Part shown: piece by piece, positions 18,110-27,406 of the stretch
Layout: every line of letters starts with the position of its first letter
Numbering within the stretch: position 1 is the stretch's first letter
DNA from: Coriobacteriales bacterium
GTDB lineage: Bacteria; Actinomycetota; Coriobacteriia; Coriobacteriales; CADBOM01
Assembly: GCA_050946275.1 (NCBI GenBank)
Contig: JBMNUM010000003.1
Span: 17,170 to 81,169, forward strand
DNA length: 64,000 bases
Reading direction: 5' to 3'
Notes under the pieces: model-generated
The model's database searches: none
Told to the model about the DNA's origin: nothing
The model's input: the letters and a program-made list of their open reading frames with translations, nothing else
Translations under genes and position numbers: made by a program

Positions 18110-19524
18110 ACGAGAAGAAGGAGCGCTACATCCCGCGTCCCAAGGACCCGCGCGTGCCCGCCAATGAGGAGGATCCCGCCGAGCGCATCAAGGACTTCCG
18201 TCCCGTCGATAACGGCTACACAGAGGAGATGGCGCTCGCAGAGGCGAACCGCTGCCTCAACTGCCCGAAGCCCAAGTGCATCGACGGCTGCCCGGCCGGC
18301 ATCGACATCCCCGGCTTCATCGCTGCGATTCGCGATAAGGACTACGGCCGCGGTCTCGACATCATCCGCGCCGACTCGCTGCTTCCCGCCATCTGCGGCC
18401 GCGTGTGCCCGCAGGAGAGCCAGTGCGAGAAGCTGTGCGTCGTGGGCGTCAAGAACGAGCCCGTCGCCATCGGCCAGCTCGAGCGCTTCCTCGGCGATAT
18501 GCCCGAGGTCGGCACGGAGCTTCCGGCCGCCGCTCCCAACGGCAAGAAGGTCGCCGTCATTGGTGCCGGTCCGTCCGGCATCACCTGTGCTGCCGAGCTG
18601 GCGCGCTACGGTTTCGACGTGACGGTCATCGAGGCCTTCTTCACCGGTGGAGGCGTGCTCGTCTACGGCATTCCGGAGTTCCGCCTGCCCAAGGACGTCG
18701 TCCGCCGCGAGCTCGACGTGCTCGCCGACCTGGGCGTCAAGTTCGAGTACAACTCGGTCGCCGGCCGCGTCACCAACGCGGAGGAGCTCTTCGACGAGGG
18801 CTACGACGCGATCTACATCGCCACCGGCGCCGGTGCCCCGAAGCTCATGAACATCCCGGGCGAGAACCTGCCCAACGTGTTCTTCGCCAACGAGTTCCTC
18901 ACGCGCGTGAACCTCATGAAGGCCAACAGGTTCCCGGAGTACGACACGCCCACGAAGCATGCCAAGAACGTCGTCGTCTTCGGCGGCGGCAACGTCGCCA
19001 TGGATGCCGTGCGCACGGCGCTGCGCCTCGGTGCGGAGAGCGCGACCATCGTCTACCGCCGCACGCGCAACGAGATGCCCGCCCGTGCTGCCGAGATCGA
19101 GCATGCGGAGGCCGAGGGAATCAAGTTCATCGAGCTCGCCGGCCCGCTGCAGTTCATCGCGGGCGAGGACGGCAAGGTCGCGGCTGTCGAGGTCCAGCAC
19201 ATGGAGCTCGGCGAGCCCGACGAGTCCGGACGCCGTCGTCCGGTGCCGATCGAGGGCGATACCGAGATCATCGAGTGCGACCTGGCCATCTCGGCCATCG
19301 GCACAAACGCCAACAAGATCAGCCCGCTCATCGGCGGCGTGGAGCTCGACAAGCGCGGCTACATCATCGCCGACGAGAAGACCGGGCGCACGTCCAATCC
19401 GCGCATCTGGGCCGGTGGAGACATCGTCACCGGCGCGGCCACCGTCATCCTGGCGATGGGTGCCGGCAAGGACGCCGCGCGCGATATCGCGAAGTCGCTT
19501 CTCGGCGAGGACGCTGTCAAGTAG
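18100..19524 (+). CDS. nfnB: NfnB-type NADPH-dependent oxidoreductase large subunit (GltD / glutamate synthase small-chain family)
   Basis: CLNCPKPKCIDGCP and CGRVCPQESQCEKLC are FeS motifs, and VAVIGAGPSG and VVVFGGGNVAMD are dinucleotide folds. The gene overlaps nfnA by 10 nt. Confidence 0.85.
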   Translation: MSLDEKKERYIPRPKDPRVPANEEDPAERIKDFRPVDNGYTEEMALAEANRCLNCPKPKCIDGCPAGIDIPGFIAAIRDKDYGRGLDIIRADSLLPAICGRVCPQESQCEKLCVVGVKNEPVAIGQLERFLGDMPEVGTELPAAAPNGKKVAVIGAGPSGITCAAELARYGFDVTVIEAFFTGGGVLVYGIPEFRLPKDVVRRELDVLADLGVKFEYNSVAGRVTNAEELFDEGYDAIYIATGAGAPKLMNIPGENLPNVFFANEFLTRVNLMKANRFPEYDTPTKHAKNVVVFGGGNVAMDAVRTALRLGAESATIVYRRTRNEMPARAAEIEHAEAEGIKFIELAGPLQFIAGEDGKVAAVEVQHMELGEPDESGRRRPVPIEGDTEIIECDLAISAIGTNANKISPLIGGVELDKRGYIIADEKTGRTSNPRIWAGGDIVTGAATVILAMGAGKDAARDIAKSLLGEDAVK

Positions 19525-19548
19525 GGATGCGGACATACGCGTATGCGA

Positions 19549-19583
19549 ACGGGGTGCGGCTCTGACGAGTCGCACCCCGTTTC
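19549..19583 (+). terminator. Rho-independent-type terminator after nfnB
   Basis: The stem acggggtgcg / cgcaccccgt is followed by ttc, a short U-tract. Confidence 0.55.
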
Positions 19584-19942
19584 ATGTGATGCGGGATGGG
19601 GGTGCGGATGCTTGATGCCGTCTGCGTTGCCAACATCAAGCCATGGGCGGCGGATGGCTCAGGGCGCATCTCCCCGACTCCGGCCCTTTTGTTCGAAAAA
19701 GGACGTTTCTGACGTACCTTTTCGAACGAAATGGTCGAGAAACTCCCTTTTTTGCGTTTTCGGACGTCCTGTTTCGAACAAAATGGTCGGCCTGCTTCCG
19801 TGCGGAGGCCGGGGTGCTGCGGGCATGGTCGTTTTCCTCGGACCTCATGCCTTCGCGCGGCCTCGCAGCTTGTCTGATGACACGGTGGGCGATTGTCGGG
19901 CACCGCTTCCAATCGCTCCGATGCGCCTGCGGCACCCGCCGG

Positions 19943-19948
19943 TATAAT
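19943..19948 (+). promoter_or_regulatory. putative -10 box (GGTATAAT) for the ABC exporter gene
   Basis: A perfect TATAAT lies 47 nt upstream of the ATG at 19995. Confidence 0.4.
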
Positions 19949-19994
19949 CAAGTGCGTCGAATCACGGGGAGAGAACCGCGGGAAGGAAGATGGT

Positions 19995-21800
19995 ATGGCC
20001 GAGAACGCGCTGGGCAGGGAGCAGCGGTCGACGACGCGGCGCACGCTGCACCACTACTGGGCGGTCACGAAGACGCAGCCTGGCATGGTGGCGCTCTCGC
20101 TCATCTCCACGCTCGGATTCGTCTTCCTGCTCTCGTACGCGAACCCCTACATCATCGGCCTCATCGTCGACCGCATCGCGGCCGGCTCCATCGCGGCCAA
20201 CCAGGTGTTCGAGATCTTCGGGCCCTACATCATCGCGCTCATTCTCGTCAACGTCGTGGGCCAGGTGTGCTCGAAGCTCCAGGACTACACCGTCTGGAAG
20301 CTCGAGATCCACGCCGCCTATGACCTTGCGACGTTTTGCTTCGACACGCTGTCGGACCAGTCGATGACATTCCACTCCAACCGCTTCGGCGGCTCGCTCG
20401 TGAGCCAGACGACGAAGTTCATGAACGCATATTCGCTGCTCGTGGAGAACGTCATCTACGCAGTGATTCCCATCTTCGCCTCGGCCGTGTTCGCCGTGTG
20501 CCTGCTCGCGCCGCTCGTGCCGGCCTATGTGGTCGTGCTCATCGTGCTCATGGTCATCTACGTGATCGTCGCCTGGGTGCTGTTCAAGCGGCTTCTCCAT
20601 ATGAACGAGGATGCCGCGGGCGCGCAGAACTCGCTTTCCGGCGAGCTGTCCGACGCCATCACGAACATCCTCACGGTGAAGACCTACGGTCGCGAGGATT
20701 ACGAGCGCGGGCTCTTCGACAAGGCCAACCGCAACGTGGTGCGCGCGGACTCGCGCCGCATGCGCTCGTCGGTGCTGCGCGGAGCGGTGTGCTCGGCGAT
20801 CATCGTCGTCATCATGGTCGCCGCCTCGGTCTTCATCGTCGGCGGCAACGCGTGGTTCGGCATCAGCGCGGGCACGCTCGTCATGATGTTCACGTACACG
20901 TACTCGGTGACGATGCAGTTCAACCGCATCAACACGCTGCTCCAACAGATCAACCGCGTCTTCGGCGATGCACACGACATGACCGAGATCCTCGACGAGC
21001 CGCGCCTCGTGGCCGACGTGCCCGGGGCGGGGGAGCTCGCCGTGACGACGGGCGACATCGAGATCGAGCACCTCAACTTCTGGTACACGGACGGTGACGC
21101 GCAAAGCGACGTGTTCGACGACTTCTCGCTGAGCATCCGCGCCGGCGAGCGCATCGGCCTCGTGGGCAAGTCCGGCTCCGGCAAGACGACGCTCACGAAG
21201 CTCCTGCTACGCCTGTCGGACATCCAGGACGGCCGCATCCTCATCGACGGCCAGGATATCTCGCAGGTGACGCAGACGAGCCTGCGTCGCCAGATCGCCT
21301 ACGTGCCGCAGGAGCCGTTGCTCTTCCATCGCACGGTGCGCGAGAACATCGCCTATGGCAGGCCGGATGCGACCGAGGAGGAGATCGTCCGCGCCGCGAC
21401 GGAGGCAAACGCGATGGAGTTCATCGAGCATCTGCCGCAAGGACTCGACACCATCACGGGCGAGCGCGGCGTGAAGCTTTCGGGTGGACAGCGCCAGCGC
21501 ATAGCGATCGCCCGCGCGATCCTCGCCGACCGTCCCATCCTCATCCTCGATGAGGCGACGTCCGCGCTCGACTCCGAGAGCGAGCGGCTCGTTCAGGAGG
21601 CGCTCGCCAACCTGATGCGCGACCGCACGTCGATCGTCGTGGCGCACCGCCTCTCGACCGTTGCCAGCATGGACCGCATCGTCGTGCTCGACGAGGGGCG
21701 TCTCGTCGAGATGGGCACGCACGCCGAGCTCACCGAGGGCGACGGCGTCTACGCGCAGCTCTGGAACCGCCAGACCGGCGCCTTCCTCGAGATGGAATGA
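19995..21800 (+). CDS. ABC transporter, fused permease/ATPase (type I exporter, MsbA/multidrug-like)
   Basis: A six-TM N-terminal domain is followed by Walker A GKSGSGKTT, the signature LSGGQRQR and Walker B ILILDEATSALD. The start is taken at MAENALG, preceded by GGAAGGAAG. Confidence 0.9.
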   Translation: MAENALGREQRSTTRRTLHHYWAVTKTQPGMVALSLISTLGFVFLLSYANPYIIGLIVDRIAAGSIAANQVFEIFGPYIIALILVNVVGQVCSKLQDYTVWKLEIHAAYDLATFCFDTLSDQSMTFHSNRFGGSLVSQTTKFMNAYSLLVENVIYAVIPIFASAVFAVCLLAPLVPAYVVVLIVLMVIYVIVAWVLFKRLLHMNEDAAGAQNSLSGELSDAITNILTVKTYGREDYERGLFDKANRNVVRADSRRMRSSVLRGAVCSAIIVVIMVAASVFIVGGNAWFGISAGTLVMMFTYTYSVTMQFNRINTLLQQINRVFGDAHDMTEILDEPRLVADVPGAGELAVTTGDIEIEHLNFWYTDGDAQSDVFDDFSLSIRAGERIGLVGKSGSGKTTLTKLLLRLSDIQDGRILIDGQDISQVTQTSLRRQIAYVPQEPLLFHRTVRENIAYGRPDATEEEIVRAATEANAMEFIEHLPQGLDTITGERGVKLSGGQRQRIAIARAILADRPILILDEATSALDSESERLVQEALANLMRDRTSIVVAHRLSTVASMDRIVVLDEGRLVEMGTHAELTEGDGVYAQLWNRQTGAFLEME

Positions 21801-21908
21801 GATCGGACGCTGCGATGAGGGCTTCCAGGCGACGCGCCAGCCTGCGTCCATGCCCGTCCGTTTCGCGCTACAATCCTTTCAACGGACTATGTGCAAGGAG
21901 GAATCCCC

Positions 21909-23108
21909 ATGGCCAACATCATCGATTACGTGCGTGCTTGCGACGAGTCGTTCGCTGCGAGCGCCCCAAGCCGCGTCGATAGCCTTGTGTTCTCGGCTAT
22001 CGCGTATGCGAGCATTCCTGAAATGGTTCCTGCGGCTTGTTCTTCGGAGGGCGTTGCATTGTCTGAGCTACGTGCAAGCGGGGATCCCGCGCTTCTCGCG
22101 CACACGGCAAACGACGAGGTGGCAACAGCCCTGCTGCTGTCGGCCTGCACCTCCAGCTCGCGCTATTCCGGCGTTCGCATGTGCTGGGGTGCCTCGGAGT
22201 CGTCGGGTACCGCCGAGAAGCAGTTCAGCGCGCTGTCGTTCGTCCTGCCCGATGGCGCAGGCACGTTCGTCGCGTTCCGGGGCACGGATGACTCGCTCGT
22301 GGGTTGGAAGGAGAATCTCAACATGGTGTTCATGGATGCCGTTCCCTCCCAGGAGTCGGCACGGGCCTATCTGGAGTCGGTTGCATCACAGACCGAAGGG
22401 CCGCTGTGGGTCGGCGGTCACAGCAAGGGCGGCAACCTTGCCATGTACGCGACGGCAACGTGTGCGCCGGTCGTCCGAGACCGCGTCGTCCGCTGCTTCG
22501 CCCATGATGCCCCGGGTCTGCTGGATAAGGTCCTGGCAACCCCCGGTGGCGTGAAAGCCGAGCTGCTCTTCGACAAGACAATGCCTCCGGAGTCGTTCAT
22601 CGGGCTGCTGTTCGACGCTCCCAAGAACGAGAGGACCATCGTGCGAAGCGAGAAGAAGGGCCTCAGGCAGCACGACCCGTTCTCGTGGCAGGTTGACGGG
22701 AACGACTTCGTCCCGGCCCGCGCGCTCAGCTACGATGCGTACCGCAACGGAAAACGCATGGGAGCCTGGCTCTCGTCGATGCCGACTGCTGACCGGGAGC
22801 GCTTCATCGAGGTGCTGTACCAGCTCATGACGAGCTCGGGTCACGACAGCATGTCCGATCTGCTCAACGGCTTGGTGAGCGGGTCCTTCTCCGATCTCGT
22901 GCAGCATGTTGGTGCGCTGCCGCCCGATGACAAGGCTTTCTTCCTCTCCTGCATCGCCGAGCTTGCTGCGACCATGCTGTTCGGGCCCGCTCCCACGAAT
23001 CCGCAGACGCCTGCGGAAAAGGTCGATGTGGTGATGGATAAGGTCGAGGATGCTGCCGCACGCCTCGATGACGGTCTTTCGAAGCTTGACAAGTATGCGG
23101 GCCTCTAG
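21909..23108 (+). CDS. DUF2974 (Mbeg1-like) alpha/beta-hydrolase family protein
   Basis: The nucleophile-elbow-like GGHSKGGNLA and the preceding AFRGTDDSLVGWKEN are typical of DUF2974 and lipase-class-3-like proteins. Confidence 0.7.
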   Translation: MANIIDYVRACDESFAASAPSRVDSLVFSAIAYASIPEMVPAACSSEGVALSELRASGDPALLAHTANDEVATALLLSACTSSSRYSGVRMCWGASESSGTAEKQFSALSFVLPDGAGTFVAFRGTDDSLVGWKENLNMVFMDAVPSQESARAYLESVASQTEGPLWVGGHSKGGNLAMYATATCAPVVRDRVVRCFAHDAPGLLDKVLATPGGVKAELLFDKTMPPESFIGLLFDAPKNERTIVRSEKKGLRQHDPFSWQVDGNDFVPARALSYDAYRNGKRMGAWLSSMPTADRERFIEVLYQLMTSSGHDSMSDLLNGLVSGSFSDLVQHVGALPPDDKAFFLSCIAELAATMLFGPAPTNPQTPAEKVDVVMDKVEDAAARLDDGLSKLDKYAGL

Positions 23109-23118
23109 GTTGCCGAAG

Positions 23119-24117
23119 ATGGAGCTTCTCGCACCAGCCGGCGGGTTCGGACAGCTCGAGGCGGCCATTCATTTCGGCGCCGATGCGGTGTATCTGGGCG
23201 GCGAGCGCTTCGGCATGCGCAAGCGTGCCGATAACTTCTCGGACGCCGATATCGTCCGCGCTGTGCAGCTCGCCCATGCGCATGGTGTGAAGGTCCACGT
23301 GACCGTGAACGTGCTGATGCACGAGGGCGACCTCGAGGGCGGCTCTCTCGAGTCGTATCTGCGCCACCTTGGCGATGCCGGCGTCGATGCCATCATCGCC
23401 GGCGACCTCGCGACAATCGCGATCGCCCGCCGCGTGATTCCCGATGTTGCCGTGCATGCGAGCACGCAGCTTTCCTGCGCGAACCACGAGGCTGCGCTTG
23501 TGCTCCACGAACTGGGGGCGAGGCGCATCGTCCTCGCACGCGAGCTCACGCTCGACGAGATCGCGGCAATCAGGAAGAGGGCGCCGGCCGATCTCGAGAT
23601 CGAGGTGTTCGTCCACGGTGCGATGTGCATGGCGATTTCCGGACGCTGCCTCATCAGCAACCACCTTGCAGGGCGCGATGCGAACAGGGGGCACTGCGCG
23701 CAGTCGTGCCGTTGGATGTACACGCTCGAGGAGGAGAAAAGGCCCGGCGCGCACATTCCAATCGAAGAGGGGGAGCGGGGCACGGCGATCATGTCGAGCA
23801 AGGACCTCATGATGCTCGACCATCTTGACGAGCTCCGCGATGCCGGCGTGGACAGCATCAAGATCGAGGGGCGCGTCAAGGGTGCATACTACGTCGCGAC
23901 GGTCGTCAACGCCTACCGGCGCGTGCTCGACGGTGCGGATCCCGCGGAGTACCTGCCGGAGCTCGATGCAGTGAGCCATCGTGCCTATCACGCGGGTTTC
24001 TTCTACGGTCAGCCCGACCAGACCGGGGCGGAGATCGCCTACGAGCAGACTCGCATCCTGACGGCCGATATCATCGCCTGCGAGCCCATCGAGACGAATG
24101 GGGGAGAGCGGCGCTGA
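23119..24117 (+). CDS. U32-family (peptidase U32 / prephenate-dependent hydroxylase-like) FeS protein, catalytic part, ending at an in-frame TGA
   Basis: MELLAPAGG... and the conserved E-x-F-x-HGAMC-x-SGRC-x-S block, with a downstream CAQSCRW. The TGA at 24115-24117 is in the same frame as the following ORF. Confidence 0.85.
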   Translation: MELLAPAGGFGQLEAAIHFGADAVYLGGERFGMRKRADNFSDADIVRAVQLAHAHGVKVHVTVNVLMHEGDLEGGSLESYLRHLGDAGVDAIIAGDLATIAIARRVIPDVAVHASTQLSCANHEAALVLHELGARRIVLARELTLDEIAAIRKRAPADLEIEVFVHGAMCMAISGRCLISNHLAGRDANRGHCAQSCRWMYTLEEEKRPGAHIPIEEGERGTAIMSSKDLMMLDHLDELRDAGVDSIKIEGRVKGAYYVATVVNAYRRVLDGADPAEYLPELDAVSHRAYHAGFFYGQPDQTGAEIAYEQTRILTADIIACEPIETNGGERR

Positions 24118-24354
24118 CGCATCACCTTCGCAGCGCGCAACCGCATGGAGAGGGGTCAGCTGGTCGAGGTGCTCCGTCCGGGCCAGCCGGTTCGCACGTT
24201 CGAGATGGGTGAGATGGTCCACGTGGAGACGGGCGAGCACGTTGCGGTGGCCGACAGGACCCCGGAGGCATATGCGTGCGAAACGCCGTTTCCCCTCGAG
24301 CCGGGAGACATCCTCCGCAGGGAGATCGAGCCCAAGGAACGTCGCTGCGGCTAA
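24118..24354 (+). pseudogene. U32 C-terminal beta-barrel domain segment, separated from the upstream CDS only by one in-frame TGA
   Basis: RITFAARNRMERGQLVEVLRPGQPV...GDILRREI resembles the Peptidase_U32_C domain. Frame continuity was verified by position arithmetic (24145-23050 is divisible by 3). Confidence 0.55.
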
Positions 24355-24465
24355 TCTGGCGATGTCTGCATGTGACCGCGACGGCAGCCGAGACCACCCC
24401 ATCGGCGCATCGAATACCGTTCAATCTCATTAGTTACCATTAGTAAACTTTTTGGCGCCTCCCTC

Positions 24466-24495
24466 TTGACGTTGATAGTTAGACATAGTTAACAT
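24466..24495 (+). promoter_or_regulatory. putative sigma-70-type promoter of the feo operon
   Basis: TTGACG (24466-71), an 18 nt spacer, then TAACAT (24490-95), within an AT-rich stretch. Confidence 0.4.
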
Positions 24496-24504
24496 ACCTT
24501 GAGA

Positions 24505-24523
24505 TTAGGCAAGGCTAACTTTG
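24505..24523. promoter_or_regulatory. DtxR/IdeR-like operator candidate
   Basis: TTAGGCAAGGCTAACTTTG against the consensus TWAGGTWAGSCTWACCTWA gives about 16 of 19 matches by eye. It lies just downstream of the putative -10 and upstream of feoA. Confidence 0.45.
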
Positions 24524-24539
24524 ATGGCAGGGTGGCATC

Positions 24540-24755
24540 GTGGGCGTTCCGCTTTCATTTCTCAAACCGGGCGAATCTGGTCTGGTCACGCGTATCGGGG
24601 GGAAACCCGAGATGCGCAAGCACCTTGAGGATCTCGGTTTCGTCGTGGGAACGCCGATCACGGTCGTGAGCAAGATGGGCGACAACGTCATCTGCTCGGT
24701 CAAGGACTGCCGCGTGGCCATCAGCAAGGAGTTGGCGCAGAAGATCTCGGTTTAG
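24540..24755 (+). CDS. feoA: FeoA-family protein (GTG start)
   Basis: 71 aa SH3-like FeoA pattern: LKPGESGLVTRIGG...LEDLGFVVGTPITVV. Confidence 0.85.
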   Translation: MGVPLSFLKPGESGLVTRIGGKPEMRKHLEDLGFVVGTPITVVSKMGDNVICSVKDCRVAISKELAQKISV

Positions 24756-24805
24756 CGACAGGCCGCATCAAGGCGATGCAAAACCAATGGGAAGGAGTTG
24801 GCAGC

Positions 24806-25054
24806 ATGAACCTATCGGAGGTTCGAGTGGGGGACACCGTCGAGGTCCTCAAGCTGCGGGGGACGGGAGCCGTCCGTCGCCGCATCATGGATATGGGAAT
24901 CACCAAGGGACAGAAGGTCTATGTCCGCAAGGTCGCGCCCCTCGGCGACCCCATGGAGGTGACGGTGCGCAACTACGAGCTTTCCGTCCGCAAGGCCGAC
25001 TGCGAGATGATCGACGTCGTGCCCGTCGATGTGGCCGACGCGGAAGCGAGGTAG
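24806..25054 (+). CDS. feoA: FeoA-family protein (second copy)
   Basis: MNLSEVRVGDTVEVLKLRGTGAVRRRIMDMGITKGQKVYV... The SD GGAAGGAG lies upstream. Confidence 0.85.
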   Translation: MNLSEVRVGDTVEVLKLRGTGAVRRRIMDMGITKGQKVYVRKVAPLGDPMEVTVRNYELSVRKADCEMIDVVPVDVADAEAR

Positions 25055-25058
25055 CATC

Positions 25059-27365
25059 ATGGCGGAATCGAAGATCACCATCGCCCTCGCGGGCAATCCC
25101 AATTCGGGCAAGACGACGTTGTTCAACGCGTTGACCGGCTCCAACCAATATGTGGGCAACTGGCCGGGCGTCACGGTCGAGAAGAAGCACGGCAAGCTGA
25201 AGGGCCATTCCGATGTGGTCATCGCCGACCTGCCCGGCATCTACTCACTGTCGCCCTACACGCTCGAGGAGGTCGTCGCGCGCGACTATCTCGTCAACGA
25301 GCGCCCCGATGCCGTGATCAACATCGTCGACGGCACCAATCTCGAGCGTAACCTCTATCTCACCACGCAGATTGTCGAGATGGGCATTCCCGTGCTCGTC
25401 GCGGTGAACATGGCCGACATTCTCGCGAAGAACGGCGACGAGGTGAACATCCAGGCGCTCTCAAAGGCGCTCGCTTGCGAGGTCATGGAGGTCTCGGCTC
25501 TCAAGGGCACGGGCGTCAAGGAGGTTGCCGAGCGTGCCGTCGAGCTCGCTCGCACAGGCGTGAAGCCCATCCCCCAGCATCGGTTCGCAGGAAGCGTCGA
25601 GCATGCGCTCGCGCACATCGAGGAGGTCGCCGTGCACGGGCTGCCCGAGGAGCAGCAGCGCTGGCACGCCATCAAGCTCTTCGAGCGCGACGAGCGCGTG
25701 GCTGCGCGGCTCGGCTTGAGTACCGAGCAGCTCGCCCACATCGACGGCGACATCAAGGCCTGCGAGAAGGAACTTGACGACGATGCGGAGTCGATCATCA
25801 CCGGGCAACGATACGAGTACATCACGTCGATCATCGACGACTGCATCAAGCATGGGGCGAGGAGGGAGAAGCTCTCCGTGTCCGACAAGATCGACCGCGT
25901 GCTCACCAACCGCATCGCGGCGCTCCCCATCTTCGTCGTCATCATGTTCGTCGTCTACTGGATCGCCATGGGTCCGTTCGGCTCGTTCCTGACGGATTGG
26001 ACGAATGACGTGCTCGGCGGTGCCTGGATGATCGAGGGCTCGCGGAGCCTCCTCGAAGGGGCGGGGTGCGCCAGCTGGCTCACCGGCCTCGTTTCCGATG
26101 GTATCGTCGCGGGCGTGAGCGCCGTCATCGGCTTCGTGCCGCAGATGCTCGTGCTGTTCCTGCTGCTCGCGTTTCTGGAGTATTGCGGCTACATGTCGCG
26201 CGTCGCGTTCATCATGGACCGCATCTTCCGCAAGTTCGGTCTCTCCGGCAAGTCGTTCATTCCGATGCTCGTTGCCTCGGGCTGCGGCGTGCCCGGTGTC
26301 ATGGCTTCGCGCACCATCGAGAACGAACGCGATCGCCGCATGGCGGTCATGACGACGTGCTTCATCCCCTGCGGGGCGAAAATGCCCATCATCGGCCTCA
26401 TCGCCGGTGCGCTCTTCGGGGGCTCGGCGCTCATCGCGACTTCCGCCTACTTCATCGGCATCGCGGCGATCGTCATTTCCGGCATCATGCTGAAGAAGAC
26501 GCGCATGTTCGCTGGCGATCCGGCTCCGTTTGTCATGGAGCTGCCCGCGTACCATCTTCCCACGGTTGGCAGTGTGTTGCGCAGCATGTGGGAGCGCGGT
26601 TGGTCATTCATCAAGCGTGCAGGTTCCGTTATCGTCATCGCATCGATTATCATCTGGGGTCTCTCGAGCCTCGGCGTCGTTAATGGCCACTTCGGCATGG
26701 TCGACGATTTGTATGCCGATGAGGCCATCGTCACGACCGAGTACCAGCAACAGGTCGCCGACCGCATGGGCATCCCCGTCGACGAGGTAACGCCCATGGA
26801 CGACTCGCTGCTCGCCGGTGTCGGCAACACCGTTTCCCCGATCTTCGACCCGCTTGGATTCGGCAGCTGGAAGCCCACCGTCGCGACTGTCACGGGTCTC
26901 GTGGCGAAGGAGGAGGTCATCGGCACATTCGGCGTCCTCTACAACTATGATGATCAGGACGGAGAAGCCGAGCTCTCGGAGGAGGGCGACGAGATCTGGG
27001 CGAACGTCGCCGCCGATTTCAACGCATTCTCTGGCGGATTCGGAGCGCTTGCAGCCTTCGCGTTCATGATCTTCAACCTCCTGTGCGCACCGTGCTTCGC
27101 GGCCATGGGAGCCATCAGGCGCGAGATGAACAGCGGCAAGTGGACGGGCTTCGCCATCGGTTACATGTGCGTGTTCGCCTACTGCGTCGCGCTGATCGTC
27201 TACCAGGTTGGCCGTGCAATCGCGGGGGCTCCGAACCCGATCGGTCTGGCCGTGGCCATCGCGCTGATCGTATTCGCCATCTACATGCTGTTCATCAAGA
27301 AGTACAAAGAGGCGGACAAGCTGACGGTCAAGGTCGGCAAGGCAGGCAAGGTGGCCGCCGAGTAG
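25059..27365 (+). CDS. feoB: ferrous iron transporter FeoB
   Basis: N-terminal G-domain motifs GNPNSGKTTLFN and DLPGIYSL are followed by a polytopic membrane domain. The protein is 768 aa from MAESK. Confidence 0.95.
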   Translation: MAESKITIALAGNPNSGKTTLFNALTGSNQYVGNWPGVTVEKKHGKLKGHSDVVIADLPGIYSLSPYTLEEVVARDYLVNERPDAVINIVDGTNLERNLYLTTQIVEMGIPVLVAVNMADILAKNGDEVNIQALSKALACEVMEVSALKGTGVKEVAERAVELARTGVKPIPQHRFAGSVEHALAHIEEVAVHGLPEEQQRWHAIKLFERDERVAARLGLSTEQLAHIDGDIKACEKELDDDAESIITGQRYEYITSIIDDCIKHGARREKLSVSDKIDRVLTNRIAALPIFVVIMFVVYWIAMGPFGSFLTDWTNDVLGGAWMIEGSRSLLEGAGCASWLTGLVSDGIVAGVSAVIGFVPQMLVLFLLLAFLEYCGYMSRVAFIMDRIFRKFGLSGKSFIPMLVASGCGVPGVMASRTIENERDRRMAVMTTCFIPCGAKMPIIGLIAGALFGGSALIATSAYFIGIAAIVISGIMLKKTRMFAGDPAPFVMELPAYHLPTVGSVLRSMWERGWSFIKRAGSVIVIASIIIWGLSSLGVVNGHFGMVDDLYADEAIVTTEYQQQVADRMGIPVDEVTPMDDSLLAGVGNTVSPIFDPLGFGSWKPTVATVTGLVAKEEVIGTFGVLYNYDDQDGEAELSEEGDEIWANVAADFNAFSGGFGALAAFAFMIFNLLCAPCFAAMGAIRREMNSGKWTGFAIGYMCVFAYCVALIVYQVGRAIAGAPNPIGLAVAIALIVFAIYMLFIKKYKEADKLTVKVGKAGKVAAE

Positions 27366-27406
27366 CGGTGCCGGTAGTCTAGGTGGCGGAATAGGAGGAG
27401 GACGAC

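Noticed and set aside
24115-24117. Selenocysteine codon in the U32 gene
   Set aside because: U32 proteins are not known selenoproteins. The position lies in an inter-domain linker rather than at an active-site Cys. I see no obvious SECIS-like hairpin immediately downstream. I kept this as an in-frame stop finding instead.
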